Assembly (NCBI GenBank): GCA_031409275.1
Contig: JANNXA010000033.1
Location: forward strand, 64,001-128,000
DNA: 64,000 nt
Direction of reading: 5' to 3'
Origin: Planctomycetota bacterium
GTDB lineage: Bacteria; Planctomycetota; B15-G4; SIAN01
The notes beneath the pieces are model-generated. The model was given only the letters and a program-made list of their open reading frames with translations, was not told where the DNA came from and did no database searches. Positions 28,278 through 40,656 of this stretch are shown here, piece by piece. How positions within the stretch are numbered: position 1 is the stretch's first letter; every line of letters begins with the position of its first letter. A program made the translations under genes and the position numbers.

Positions 28278-31200
28278 ATGATGGACGGCGATCGGCCCGG
28301 TCGGCCGTGGCGAAGCCTCTCCGAGCTGGACGGCACATTCGTTCCGTTCGACCCGAACGCCGACGTCCGTCGCGAGTGGTTCGACTTGCCGACCGAGCTC
28401 GTCGATGGAATCACACCGTCGCGCCGCTCCTTCCTCAAACTCGCGGGTTTCGGTTTCGCGGGCGCCGCGCTCTCCGCTTGCAGCCGCGCCCCGATCGAGA
28501 AGGCGATCCCGCTCTTGGTGCGACCCGAGACGATCGTCCCGGGCAAGTCGTACTGGATGGCGACGACCTGTGCCGGCTGTCCGGCTGGTTGCGGCGTCCT
28601 CGCGAAGTGTCGGGACGGCCGTCCGATCAAGCTCGAGGGCAATCCGCAGCAGTCGATCGGCCGTGGCGGTCTCTGCGCGGTCGGTCAGGCGCAGCTCCTT
28701 TCGCTGTACGACGCGAAGCGGTTGACGGGCGCCCGGCACGCCGGCGATGCGCTGGAATTCTCCGCCGCCGACACGGAGCTCCGCGCACGCCTCGACGAGG
28801 TGCGCGCGCGCGGCGGCGCCGTGCGAGTGTTGACTGGCACCGAGACGTCGCCGAGCACGCGTGCCGCCATCGACCGCTTCGTGGGCAGCTTTCGCGACGG
28901 GAGGCATGTCGCGTACGACGCGCTCTCGAGCTCGGCGCTGCTCGACGCGCACGCGGCCACGCACGGTGTGCGCGCGCTGCCACGCATTCGGCTCGAACGC
29001 GCGCGGCGGATCGTCGCGATCGAGGCGGACTTCCTCGGCACCTGGATCTCGCCGGTCGAGTACACGTTGGGCCGACGCATGGCGCGCGATCCCGAGCGGC
29101 CTGCCGAGTTCGCGCGCCACGTGCAGATCGAGTCGGCGATGTCGCTGTCCGGCAGCGTCGCCGATCGACGGCTGGCGCTTGCGCCGTGGCAGGTCGGCGC
29201 CGCCGTCGGCGAACTGGCCCGGCATGTCGCTGCTCGCGCCGGCGTGAAGTTGCCGATCGAGCTGCCGCCGTTCGACGATCCGATGGCAGCGCAGTTGGAA
29301 GCGATCGCCGCTGATCTGTTCGATCATCACGGACGCGCGGTCGTGCTCTGCGGCAGCGGCGACGTCGCGGTGCAGAAGCTCGTGAACTGGGTGAACGAGC
29401 AGATCGGGGCCTACGGCACGATCCTCGACCTCGCAGCGCCGTCGTTCCAGCGCCTCGGCGACGAACGCGCGCTTGCGACGCTGCGACGCGAGCTCGACGA
29501 GGGAAAGGTCGAAGTCCTCGTGATCGCGGGCGTGAACCCGGCGTACGACTTCCCCGATGCGAGTGCCTTCCGCGAGTCGGTGGGCCGGGTCGGGCTCGTG
29601 GTCTGCTGTGCGACTCACGAAGACGAGACGACGGCGCTTGCGCATTGGGTGCTGGCGCTGCCGCACTTCCTCGAGACGTGGAACGATGCCGAGCCGGTCG
29701 CGGGTCTGCTCGCCCTGACGCAGCCGACGGTGCCGCCGCTCAAGGCCGCGCGCACGTTGCGCCAGACGCTCGCGAGCTGGCTTGGCGATGCGCGCGACGA
29801 TCACGCGTTGGTGCGCGATCACCATCAGGAGTGGTTGGCGGCTCACGAGATCACCGGGCCGACGTTCGAGCAGTCGTTGCACGAGGGGTTCTTCGAAGTC
29901 GCGCAGAACGCCGCAACGACCGCTGCCGCGAGCCGACCCTTCCGCGCCGCAGCGCTCGAAGTTCCGGCGGTGGGGGCGCTGCCACCGGAGGGGGCGCTTG
30001 CGCCGGTGCTGCACGCGCAGGTCGGGATGCCGGACGGCCGCCACGCGCATAACCCGTGGCTGCACGAGCTCCCCGATCCGATCACCAAGGTCGTCTGGGA
30101 CAACGTGGCCGCGGTTGCTCCCGCGACGGCGCAACGGCTCGGAGTGACCACCGGCGATGTGGTGCGAATCACCGCCGTCGGTGGCCAGGCCGTCGTCGAG
30201 CTGCCGCTCCTGGTGCAGCCGGGAATGCACCCAGGCGCGGTGGCGATCGCGCGCTTCTACGGAAGGCGCGGGACCGATCGATTCACGCGCGTGGGGCCGC
30301 AGTGGCTCGAGGCGAAGGCGACCGTCGCGCCAGGTGGCGTCGTCGGCGTCGACGTGTCGATGTTGCGCGAAGCGTCCGCGGTGGAGCTCTCGGCCACCGG
30401 GCGTCGGGTGAAGCTCGCCTGCACGCAAGACCACCATTCGCTCACCGTGCCGGAGCACCTCGCGCCGGAGGGCGGCGAAGTGCGTGACGCGGTACGCGAA
30501 GTCACGCTGGCCACGCTCCTTGCGCATCCGCAACACGCGCTCGAGCGCGAGACGACGGAGGGCGCGGAGCTCTGGCCGGAAGACCACCTTCATGCCGGCC
30601 CGCAGTGGGGCATGGCGATCGACCTTTCGGCATGCACCGGCTGCTCCGCGTGCGTGGTCGGCTGCCAGGCCGAGAACAACGTTCCGGTGGTCGGCAGGGA
30701 CGAGGTGCGTCGCCATCGAGAGATGCACTGGATCCGCATCGACCGCTACTGGCAGGGCGAAGCGGAAGATCCACGCGCGCTGCATCAGCCGATGATGTGC
30801 CAGCAGTGCGGACATGCGCCGTGCGAGACGGTCTGTCCGGTGTTGGCAACGGTTCACTCGACCGAGGGCCTGAACCAGCAGATCTACAACCGCTGCGTCG
30901 GCACGCGCTACTGCGCCAACAACTGCCCGTACAAGGTCCGCCGCTTCAACTGGTTCGACTATCCGCACGAAGACCGGTTGCAGAACCTGGCGCTCAATCC
31001 CGACGTCGCCATCCGCAGCCGCGGCGTGATGGAGAAGTGCAGCTTCTGCGTGCAGCGCATCCTCGAGGCCAAGTTGACGGCCAAAGAAGAGGGGCGCAGC
31101 GTGCGCGACGGAGACGTTCAGTCGGCATGCCAGCAGAGCTGCCCGGCCCAGGCGATCGTCTTCGGCGACCTGTCCGATCCAGCGAGCCGCGTCTCGCGCC

Positions 31201-31299
31201 TCGCGCAGAACGGGCGCAGCTACCGCGTGCTCGAGGAGCTGAACGTGAAGCCGGTGGTGAACTACCTCGCCGTGGTTCGCGATCAAGAGGAGCGGCGCG

Positions 31300-31310
<11 letters not shown>
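28278..31310 (+). CDS. actB: Alternative complex III fused molybdopterin-oxidoreductase-like/Fe-S subunit
   Basis: Tat-lipoprotein SRRSFLK...LSAC; GRPIKLEGNP; CTGCSACVVGCQAENN, MCQQCGHAPCETVCP, YNRCVGTRYCANNCPY, RGVMEKCSFCVQR. Confidence 0.93.
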
Positions 31311-32663
<1,353 letters not shown>

Positions 32664-32667
<4 letters not shown>

Positions 32668-33209
32668 GTCGCCGCGTGCACGTCGCGCTCTTCGAGGACG
32701 GAGCAGAGCTGGTGGCTGCGGCGAACGCGTGCAGCCGCCTCCGGATCCCGATCGTCGACGCCTATCTGCCGTTTCCGGTGCATGGGCTCGACGAGGCGAT
32801 GGGGCTGCGGCGCTCCCGATTGCCGCTCGTCTGCTTCGGCGGCGGGCTGGTCGGCCTGTCGCTCGGTCTCGCGCTGCAGTACTGGACGTCCGCCGTCGAC
32901 TGGCCTCTGAACGTCGGCGGCAAGCCGTTCCAGTCGTTCCCTGCGTTCGTGCCGGTGGCGTTCGAACTCATGGTCCTGTGCGCTGGTCTCGCGACTGCAG
33001 GCGCGCTGTTCGTGCGCTCGCGTTTGCTGCCCGGCCATGTCGGCGTGGTCGTCGATCCTCGCGTCAGCGACGACCGCTTCGTGCTGGTCGTCGCTCCGGC
33101 GGGCGCGTCGATCCGGGCCGCTGACCTGCGCGCATTGCTGATGGAGCATGGCGCGATCGAGTGCCGCGAGCAGATCGTCACCGATCGTCACGTGGAGGCG
33201 CGGTCATGA
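32664..33209 (+). CDS. actD: Alternative complex III subunit D (DUF3341)
   Basis: DAYLPFPVHGLDEAMG, DWPLNVGGKP, PAFVPVAFEL, DPRVSDDRF; two TM helices. Confidence 0.92.
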
Positions 33210-33784
33210 GCGAGTGGAAGCGCACCGGATGGGTGCTCGTCCTCGCGGCGGCGGCGCTCGCGGCGCTCCGCGCGCTGACGGTCGTCAACTCCGATCGCCG
33301 CGGCCTCGAGTTCTTCCCCGACATGGCGCGCTCCTGCGCTGCCGAGTCCTACGCGCCGAGCGATCTGCTGCCAGGCGGCACGACGCAGCAGCCGCTCGTC
33401 GTCGGAACCGTCGTGCGCGGCAGCGAACCGTTCCCGTTCGAGCCGACGCCGGCGGGCGCGATCGCTGCGGGCGAACAGCTCGCCAATCCGTTTCGCGCGG
33501 ACGATGCGGCGGCGCGCGCGCGTGGCGCCGACCGCTTCGCGAACTTCTGCGTGGTGTGCCATGGCGCCGATGGCCTCGGGCGCGGTCCGGCAGTCGCGCG
33601 CGGCATGCCGCCGCCGCCGTCGTTGCTGGCCGACCGCACGCGCGCGCTCCGCGACGGCCAGTTGTTCCACGTGCTGACTTGCGGTCAGGGCGGCATGGCG
33701 AGCTATGCCGCGGTCCTTACTCCCGCGGATCGCTGGAAGCTGATCCTGCATGTGCGCGCGCTGCAGGCTGGAGGCGCGCCATGA
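33206..33784 (+). CDS. actE: Alternative complex III monohaem cytochrome c subunit
   Basis: EFFPDM, VGTVVRG, LANP, CVVCHG, DGQLFHVLT.G.G.M.SYA, DRW. Confidence 0.9.
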   Translation: MSEWKRTGWVLVLAAAALAALRALTVVNSDRRGLEFFPDMARSCAAESYAPSDLLPGGTTQQPLVVGTVVRGSEPFPFEPTPAGAIAAGEQLANPFRADDAAARARGADRFANFCVVCHGADGLGRGPAVARGMPPPPSLLADRTRALRDGQLFHVLTCGQGGMASYAAVLTPADRWKLILHVRALQAGGAP

Positions 33785-34950
33785 ATCCGTCTGGCAGCGA
33801 TCCGCTTGCGCGCGCTTCGCGCCGACTGCTCCTGGTCGGGGCGATCGCCGGGACCGTGCTCCTCGCGGGGTTCTTCGTCGATCCTCGCCGTGCGTGGACC
33901 GGCTGGTTGCTCGGCTTCCTGGCGGCAACGTGCCTCGCGTTGGCCGGGCCGCTCTTCCTTTCGCTGTTGCGAGTTTCGGGCGCGCGCTGGGCCACCGCGT
34001 TGACTCCGGTGCCGCTGGCGATGGGGAGGCTGCTCCCATGGGCAGGGCTCGCCGGAGTCGTCCTCCTGTTGGGGGTGCCGACGCTCTACGAATGGGCTCA
34101 CGGACATGGCCACGACGAGTTGCTGGCGCGCAAGGCCGCATGGTTGAACGTCCCCGCTTTCTCGGCGCGCCTGGTCGGGTGTTTCGCCGTCTGGCTGCTC
34201 TTCGAGCGCGTGCTTCGACGCAGCGAACGGAGCCCGTCCGACGCAGGGCGCCGGCAGAAGCTCGCCGCCGCCTTCATCGCGACGTTCGCGATCACGTGGT
34301 CGGTCGCGAGCATCGACTGGGTCGCATCGCTCGAGCCGCACTGGTCGAGCACGATCTTCGCGCTGCGCACCGCCACGGCGCTCGTGCTGCTCGGTCTCGC
34401 GTCCGCAACGCTGCTGGTGCTGCTCGCACGACACCACGGACCGGTCGCCGGTCGCGTCACCGCGGCCCATGTCCACGATCTCGGCAAGCTGCTGCTCTCC
34501 TTCAGCGTGCTGTGGGTCTACATCTGGTTCTGCCAGTACATGTTGATCTGGTACTCCGACCTCCCCGAAGAGGCCGTCTACTACACGCGCCGAGCGACGT
34601 CAGGCTGGCGCGCAGCCAGTTGGGCGAGCCTCTTGCTGCTCTTCTTCCTGCCGTTCCTCGCGCTGCTGTTCGAGCGTGCGCGCCGCAGCCCTGAGGTGCT
34701 CGTCCGCGTGGCATGCGTGCTGCTGGTCGGGGTGGCGCTCGATCTCTGTGTCATGGTCGGGCCCGCGAACTCGCAAGCGGGGCAGTCCATCGGCTGGCCC
34801 GAGCTCGCGGGGCTGCTTTGCGGCTTCGCGCTCTCCTTCGGCGTGATGGTGCGTGCACTTCGCCGCCTCGCGCTCGAACCAGGCCAGGCCGCGTGCCCGC
34901 AGGCCGATGCCGTCACCCGGATCGAGGTTGGGCACTCCCACGCGCACTGA
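33781..34950 (+). CDS. actF: Alternative complex III membrane subunit F
   Basis: LYEW, KAAWLN, DWVASLEPHWSSTIF, HDLGKLL, WVYIWFCQYMLIWYSDLPEE; ~10 TM segments. Confidence 0.92.
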   Translation: MNPSGSDPLARASRRLLLVGAIAGTVLLAGFFVDPRRAWTGWLLGFLAATCLALAGPLFLSLLRVSGARWATALTPVPLAMGRLLPWAGLAGVVLLLGVPTLYEWAHGHGHDELLARKAAWLNVPAFSARLVGCFAVWLLFERVLRRSERSPSDAGRRQKLAAAFIATFAITWSVASIDWVASLEPHWSSTIFALRTATALVLLGLASATLLVLLARHHGPVAGRVTAAHVHDLGKLLLSFSVLWVYIWFCQYMLIWYSDLPEEAVYYTRRATSGWRAASWASLLLLFFLPFLALLFERARRSPEVLVRVACVLLVGVALDLCVMVGPANSQAGQSIGWPELAGLLCGFALSFGVMVRALRRLALEPGQAACPQADAVTRIEVGHSHAH

Positions 34951-35123
34951 CCGTGCGCCGGATTCGGGATGTGGTCCGAGTTCGGGAAGCGGCGCGCGCT
35001 CGGCGCGATTCGCCGGGGAGTCGTGCCCGAAGACCGGGTGGCAGCACCTCGATGGCAGGGCGTGCCGCGAGTCGGTCCATGGGTTGCGGTCGAGGCACCC
35101 ACCATTCACAGGAGAAGAACTCG

Positions 35124-36611
35124 ATGAGTCGAGCACCCCAACGCAAGCTCTCCCGACCGTTGATCGAACTCGCCGTCGGAGCGGCTTGCCTGTTGCAAGT
35201 GCCAGCGACGGGAGTCGTCCCTCAAGCCGCGCCGCCGGCGCCCGCGAAGCCACTCATCGAGATCGGCTGGGGTGACCACCCGCTGCGGATCGAGGGTTGG
35301 GAAGGACTCAAGTTCTGGATGGAGGGACGGTGGCGCGTCGAGCAGTGGCGTCACCTGGAGAAGCCGGGGCAGGACGGCAGCTACAACTACGAGCACACTC
35401 GCGTGCGCCAGGGCTTGTCGCAGACGCTCGGTCCAGTCGAGCTTGGCTTCGAGTGGCAGGCCGTGAACCTGTTCGGCGTCGACCCCCGCGTCCCGGCGGG
35501 CCCCGGCAAGAACTATCGCGACGCAAACAGCGGCGGCTCGCCGCAGTCGCTGTCGATTCGCCAGCTGTACGGCGCCCTCGATGTCGGGGGCCCGAAGCTG
35601 CGCGTCGGACGTCAGCTCTACGAGGACTCCGGCGGCATCAAGTGCGACGATCCGAGTTTCCAGTACGTGCGCGATCGCGGCAATGCGCGCCTGGTGGGAA
35701 CGCTCGATTGGCCGGCCAGCGGCCGGACGTTCGACGGCGTGTCGATCGGCAGCGACAGCGCCAAGTGGCTTCTGCGAGGCATCGGTTTCGAGGCCAATGA
35801 GGGCGCCTTCGACATCGACGATTCCGGCGACTCGCTCGCCGATGTCCGCATCGCGGGCGTCGAGGTCGTGAGCAAGGTCGGGACGCTGGTCCCCAACACG
35901 GAGCTACGCGCCTTCGGTTTCGACTTCCGTGACGATCGCGCGCCGACGACAGCCAAGTTCGGAGACGACCTGCAAGCCGATCTCGTCGGCGTCCAGGCGG
36001 CGTCCCGGATCAAGCTCGGGCCCGGCGCGGTCGATGGCTGGTTCTGGGCGGCACACGAATCGGGTGACGCGGGCACGCGCTCGTTGCGCGCCGGAGCGTG
36101 GATCGCCGAGGCGGGGTATCGCTTCGAGGAAGCTCCGCTGCGTCCTTGGTTGCGCATCGGCCAAGCGCGAGCCCAGGGCGATGCAAGCACGTCCGATGGC
36201 ACCGTCTCGAACTTCTACAACGGGTTGCCGACGAACCACACCTACTACGGCTACGCCGACCTGTTCGGCTTCACGAACCTGCGTGATACGTACGTCGACC
36301 TCCTTCTCGATCCTCATCCGCAGGTGCGCTTCGTGGCGGGCTGGCACGCCTTCGCGTTGCAGCACGAGAAGGGCGGGATCGTCTCCGGAAGCGGTCCGTT
36401 CACTCAAGGGTCGTTCGGCTACGCGACGCTTCCTGCGACATCACGCAACCTCGGCCGCGAGCTCGACCTGACGCTGCGTGCGACGTCTCCCGGGAAGCGG
36501 GTGTTCGCGCTGCTCGGATGGAGTCGATTCTGGGGCGGTACGGCCTACGAGCGCGCCTTCACGCGAGCGGACGTCTCCTTCACCTACCTCGAAGTGGGGT
36601 TCAAGTTCTGA
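35124..36611 (+). CDS. Alginate-export-family outer-membrane beta-barrel (putative anion porin)
   Basis: Signal peptide, LRVGRQ, RLVGTLDW..GRTFDGV, amphipathic strands, LGRELDL, terminal YLEVGFKF; CAGGAG RBS. Confidence 0.8.
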   Translation: MSRAPQRKLSRPLIELAVGAACLLQVPATGVVPQAAPPAPAKPLIEIGWGDHPLRIEGWEGLKFWMEGRWRVEQWRHLEKPGQDGSYNYEHTRVRQGLSQTLGPVELGFEWQAVNLFGVDPRVPAGPGKNYRDANSGGSPQSLSIRQLYGALDVGGPKLRVGRQLYEDSGGIKCDDPSFQYVRDRGNARLVGTLDWPASGRTFDGVSIGSDSAKWLLRGIGFEANEGAFDIDDSGDSLADVRIAGVEVVSKVGTLVPNTELRAFGFDFRDDRAPTTAKFGDDLQADLVGVQAASRIKLGPGAVDGWFWAAHESGDAGTRSLRAGAWIAEAGYRFEEAPLRPWLRIGQARAQGDASTSDGTVSNFYNGLPTNHTYYGYADLFGFTNLRDTYVDLLLDPHPQVRFVAGWHAFALQHEKGGIVSGSGPFTQGSFGYATLPATSRNLGRELDLTLRATSPGKRVFALLGWSRFWGGTAYERAFTRADVSFTYLEVGFKF

Positions 36612-36672
36612 GCGCCGGAGCGTCTGAACGAGGCTGCACCACGGCTGACTCACCTCGACCGGAGAGTTCCCA

Positions 36673-38190
36673 GTGAACCGACGCCGCGTCCCTGAACTCA
36701 TCGACTTCGCGCAGGAACGCATCCGCAACCTGCACTTCACCTGGATCGCGTTCTTCATCTCCTTCTACATGTGGTTCAACATGGCGCCGCTCGCGACGAC
36801 CATGTTGCGCGAAGAGGGCGGAGACGGCGGTTGGCTCACGCCCGGTCACATCAAGTTGCTGGCGATCTGCAACGTCGCGCTGACGATTCCTGCGCGCATC
36901 ATCGTCGGCGCGCTGATCGACCGCTTCGGGCCGCGGCGCTGCTTCGCATGGCTGCTCATGCTCACCGCGATCCCCACGGTCACCTTCGCGCTCGGCAACT
37001 CGTTCACTCAGCTGCTGATCTCGCGCCTGCTGATGAGCACGACTGGCGCGAGCTTCGTCATCGGCATTCGCATGGTGGCGCAGTGGTTCCCGCCGAAGAC
37101 GATGGGCCGTGCCGAGGGGTTCTATGCGGGGTGGGGGAACTTCGGCTCGGCATGGGCCGCGATGACGCTGCCGTGGGTCGCGCTTGAACTCTTCGGCGGC
37201 GGGCACAGCGGCTGGCGCTACGCGCTGGCAGCGAACGGCGTGGTCGCGTTCGGCTATGGCATCGCCTACCTCTTCCTCGTCCGCGACATGCCGGAAGGCA
37301 AGAAGTTCGTCGGGGTTCACAAGGCCCAGCCCCTTCTGGTCAGCAGCCGCTGGGATCTGGTCCAGTACATCCTCTGGTCGTTCCCGTTGGTGGGGGCGCT
37401 CGGTTTCCTTGCGTGGCGGTCGGCCGGAATCCCGCTGGGCAACGGCGGCAGCGAGCGTGTTCTTTCCAGCAACATGCTGTGGCTGACGTATGGCGTGCTC
37501 GCGCTCGTCTTCATCGTGCACGTGCTGAAGAGCGTGCAGGTCAACCTCCCGCACTTGCGCGGCGGCGTCCCGGCCGACATGCGCGTGCACTTCCCGAGTG
37601 TCGCGGCGCTCAATACCACGTACTTCGCGAACTTCGGTGCCGAGCTCGCGGTCGTGTCGATGCTGCCGGCGTTCTTCGAGAAGACCTTCACGATTTCTCC
37701 CACCGTCGCAGGGCTCGTCGCTTCCTCGTTCGCCTTCGTGAACCTGTTCGCTCGACCGCTGGGCGGCCTGTTGTCGGACAACCTGAAGAACCGCAAGTGG
37801 ACCATCGTCCTCTACATGGTCGGCATCGCCGTCGGCTTCTTCGGGATGGCCTTCATCGACGGTGGCTGGCCGCTGTGGCTGGCGGTCGCGCTGACGATCG
37901 GATGCTCGATGTTCGTTCAGGGCGCCGAGGGAGCGACCTTCGCGATCATTCCGATGATCAACAAACGCATGACGGGCCAGATCGCCGGGATGGCAGGCGC
38001 CTACGGCAATGTCGGCGCGGTCGTCTATCTCGTGCTGCTGACGATGGTCGAGTCGAAGACCTTCTTCCTGCTGCTCGCGGCCGGCGCGGCAGTCAGCGTG
38101 GTCGCATGCATGCTCTGGCTGCGTGAACCCGAGGGCTCGTTCGTCGACGAAGCGGAGGCCGCCGCCGCCGAATCGGGATCAGGACACTAG
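36673..38190 (+). CDS. narK: Second NarK/NasA-family nitrate MFS transporter (NarK1/Nrt2-like)
   Basis: LHFTWIAFF, IPARIIVG, GASFVIGIRMVAQWFP, AEGFYAGWGNFG, FGAELA, FARPLGG, AGAYGNVG. Confidence 0.9.
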   Translation: MNRRRVPELIDFAQERIRNLHFTWIAFFISFYMWFNMAPLATTMLREEGGDGGWLTPGHIKLLAICNVALTIPARIIVGALIDRFGPRRCFAWLLMLTAIPTVTFALGNSFTQLLISRLLMSTTGASFVIGIRMVAQWFPPKTMGRAEGFYAGWGNFGSAWAAMTLPWVALELFGGGHSGWRYALAANGVVAFGYGIAYLFLVRDMPEGKKFVGVHKAQPLLVSSRWDLVQYILWSFPLVGALGFLAWRSAGIPLGNGGSERVLSSNMLWLTYGVLALVFIVHVLKSVQVNLPHLRGGVPADMRVHFPSVAALNTTYFANFGAELAVVSMLPAFFEKTFTISPTVAGLVASSFAFVNLFARPLGGLLSDNLKNRKWTIVLYMVGIAVGFFGMAFIDGGWPLWLAVALTIGCSMFVQGAEGATFAIIPMINKRMTGQIAGMAGAYGNVGAVVYLVLLTMVESKTFFLLLAAGAAVSVVACMLWLREPEGSFVDEAEAAAAESGSGH

Positions 38191-38323
38191 AGCCGATCCC
38201 GGTCGGTGCGACCGAGCTCCGCGCCGCGCCGACCCCGACGATGCGAGGCGGAACGAAGCGGATGCGGCTTCGCCGCAAGCACGGTGACCGAGCGTCTCTA
38301 CCGGGATGGGCTCTTGGAGGACG

Positions 38324-39424
38324 CTACAGCCCGAACACGCGTCCGTCGTCGAGCACGTGCATGCCGGCGGCGAGCACGGCCTGCCAGGCGGAGCCGTCGA
38401 CGGTAGCGGCGGCGTTGGTGTGGTTCAGGTGGGTGAAGAAGAGCTTCTCGCGAGCGGCGGCGGGGAGCCGCGCAAATCGCTCGAGTGACTCGCGGATGAA
38501 GGGATGCGGGATCTCCTTCATGCTGCGGCCGGCGATCTCGCCATCGGCGAAGAAGCAGCCGTCGATGAGCGCGATGTCGGCCGCCGCCAACGCCTGCTCG
38601 ATGGTCCTGATGCCCCCGTTGCGCTCGGCACCGGCGGGCGGCGTCCAGGCCTCGAACGCTTCCCATTTGTCGATGTCGGGCAGGTAGAGCAGGTCGCGGT
38701 GGGGGCCGTCGATCACGAAGCCGACGGTGTCGGAGAACTCGTCGCGATGCGGCACTCGAAAACAGCGCACGCGCAGGTTGGGGGCGAGTTCGATGGCGAC
38801 TTCCGGGTCGAGCTCGTTTAGCGCCAGGCGCCCTTCGTCGACCATCAGCTTCCACGGACCGTTCGTGCGCAGGAAGTCGGCGAAGCGCGGCGTGACGAAG
38901 GTCGGCAGCTCCTTCACCGCGAACGCCTCGCGACCGAGTTCGAGCAGGCCCCCGTAGTGGCCCATGTGGGCGTGCGTCAGGAAGATGCCATCGAAGAGCG
39001 GCGGCCGCGGACCTTCCATCACGCGCGTCGTCGGGTGGCCGCGCGCGGCATCCATCTGCGCGCGCAGGTCCGGCGTGCAATCGAACAGCCAACGGCGGCC
39101 ATCGCGTGGATCGCACAGGAGCAGCGACGTGACCCGCCGCGCACGCGTCGGATCGCGCCGCGCCTCGCGGCAGCAGCCGCGCTCGCAGCCGAGGTGAGGC
39201 AGCCCACCATCCTGCGCGGTCCCGAGCACCAGCACGTAGGGAGCGTCGGAAGGGAGCGGTTCGTCGAGCGGCGCCGGCGCGACCGCGCTCGAATCGGTCG
39301 CGCTCGTCGCGCTGTTCGCTGCGCTGTTCGCCGCGTGGTTCGAGCCCGTGCAGCCCTGCAGCGGGGCGAACAGCGCAGCACCGAGCGCGGCGATGCATGC
39401 GACGAGCGCCGCCGCGCCTTTCAC
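38324..39424 (-). CDS. PqqB-like MBL-fold metallo-hydrolase, putative lipoprotein
   Basis: VLGTAQDGGLPHLGCERGCC, FDCTPDL, LTHAHMGH, VPHRDEFSDT, YLPDIDKW, IPHP, THLNHTN; lipobox-like LQGC. Confidence 0.85.
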   Translation of the reverse strand: MKGAAALVACIAALGAALFAPLQGCTGSNHAANSAANSATSATDSSAVAPAPLDEPLPSDAPYVLVLGTAQDGGLPHLGCERGCCREARRDPTRARRVTSLLLCDPRDGRRWLFDCTPDLRAQMDAARGHPTTRVMEGPRPPLFDGIFLTHAHMGHYGGLLELGREAFAVKELPTFVTPRFADFLRTNGPWKLMVDEGRLALNELDPEVAIELAPNLRVRCFRVPHRDEFSDTVGFVIDGPHRDLLYLPDIDKWEAFEAWTPPAGAERNGGIRTIEQALAAADIALIDGCFFADGEIAGRSMKEIPHPFIRESLERFARLPAAAREKLFFTHLNHTNAAATVDGSAWQAVLAAGMHVLDDGRVFGL

Positions 39425-40656
39425 TTCGCCGTCGCCGCGGGATCCGCCGCCGTCGTCACGGCCACCGGCGTGTCGAGCCAGCCGGCGGGTGCGCGGCTCA
39501 GTGCCAGCAGCGAGAACGCGGTGCCGTAGTGGTAGTGGTAGTTGTAGAGCGGGTAGTCCCAGAACGACCCGTCGGGTTGCCGGCAGTAGAGGACGCCGCG
39601 CGCGAGCGAGGGGTAGAGCTCTTGTTGCGCCTCGATCGGCAGCTTCTCGGCCAGCACGAGCGATGCGTAGTAGAAACCGTAGAGATAGAAGTAGCCGCTG
39701 ATGCTGTACCACGCCTCGTGTGGCACGGGTCGCCGTACGGCGATCTGCTGGAAACCCACATATCGGTTGACCAGGTTGTCGACGGCGTCGTGCCATGCGA
39801 CCTTGCGGCGCGGTGCGTGATCGAACGCGGCCAGCGCGTAGAGATTGCCGGGGGTGCGGCACGCCGAGCCCTTCGGCTCGTTGATGCCGCGCCGCGGCAT
39901 CTGCCACAGGTAGCGGCCGTAGAGGAACGACCCCTCTGGCGTCTGTCCGGCGGCGAGCCGATCGAGCGCCTTCTTCACCAGACCGGCCGGCGCCGCCTCA
40001 CCCAACCGCTGCGCGCGCTCGATGCCGATCAGCACGGTGGCGGTGGTGAAGGTCATCTCCGAGTCGCTCGGCGGAATCGACTGCAGGTCGAAGTCGAGGT
40101 AGCTGAAGCCGCCGTCGAGGATCTGGTAGCTCGGCAGGCGGTCGAGCATCGAGCGGCACGCCGCCTTCACCGCCGGCAGGCGAGTGTCATCAGGGTGGCG
40201 CAGACCCCACTCCCCCAGCGCCTGCAGGCCGTAGCCAAGCGCCCAGGTGTTGTAGAACTCCATCCCGTTCGGGCGCCCGACCTTGTGATTCGCGAGCAGG
40301 AAGTCGACCCCTTTGCTCGCGGCCGCCGCCGACGCGTCGCTGGGTCGCGCGCATTGGTCGAGCGCCATCACGCACAGCGCCGAGGTTGCGACGTGGAACG
40401 CCTCGAGCGAGCCCGGCACCGTCGCGAGGATCTCCCAACCGCGTGCGGTGTGGTGCGTCCCGAAACCGCCGTCCGCGTTCTGGTTGGCGACCAGCCAGTC
40501 GCGCCCGGTGTCGATCGCGTTCACCACTTCGCGACGAAGCGCTTCGCCGGTCAGCGCGGCCGCCGCCGGACCGAAGCCCTGGCCGACCTTCGTGTCGACG
40601 GCGCTGGCGCCATCCCCGACGGGCAGCGCCAGCGCGAGGAGCAGTGCGGCGTTCAC
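39421..40656 (-). CDS. Secreted prenyltransferase/squalene-cyclase-repeat protein
   Basis: Signal peptide; QW-like repeats WLVANQNADGGF, YQILDGGF, GQTPEGSF, CRQPDGSFW; GTGA overlaps at both ends. Confidence 0.78.
   Translation of the reverse strand: MNAALLLALALPVGDGASAVDTKVGQGFGPAAAALTGEALRREVVNAIDTGRDWLVANQNADGGFGTHHTARGWEILATVPGSLEAFHVATSALCVMALDQCARPSDASAAAASKGVDFLLANHKVGRPNGMEFYNTWALGYGLQALGEWGLRHPDDTRLPAVKAACRSMLDRLPSYQILDGGFSYLDFDLQSIPPSDSEMTFTTATVLIGIERAQRLGEAAPAGLVKKALDRLAAGQTPEGSFLYGRYLWQMPRRGINEPKGSACRTPGNLYALAAFDHAPRRKVAWHDAVDNLVNRYVGFQQIAVRRPVPHEAWYSISGYFYLYGFYYASLVLAEKLPIEAQQELYPSLARGVLYCRQPDGSFWDYPLYNYHYHYGTAFSLLALSRAPAGWLDTPVAVTTAADPAATAK

Noticed and set aside
38324..39424. 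PQQ biosynthesis locus
   Set aside because: Only a PqqB-like fold; no pqqA, C, D or E nearby, and the protein appears exported
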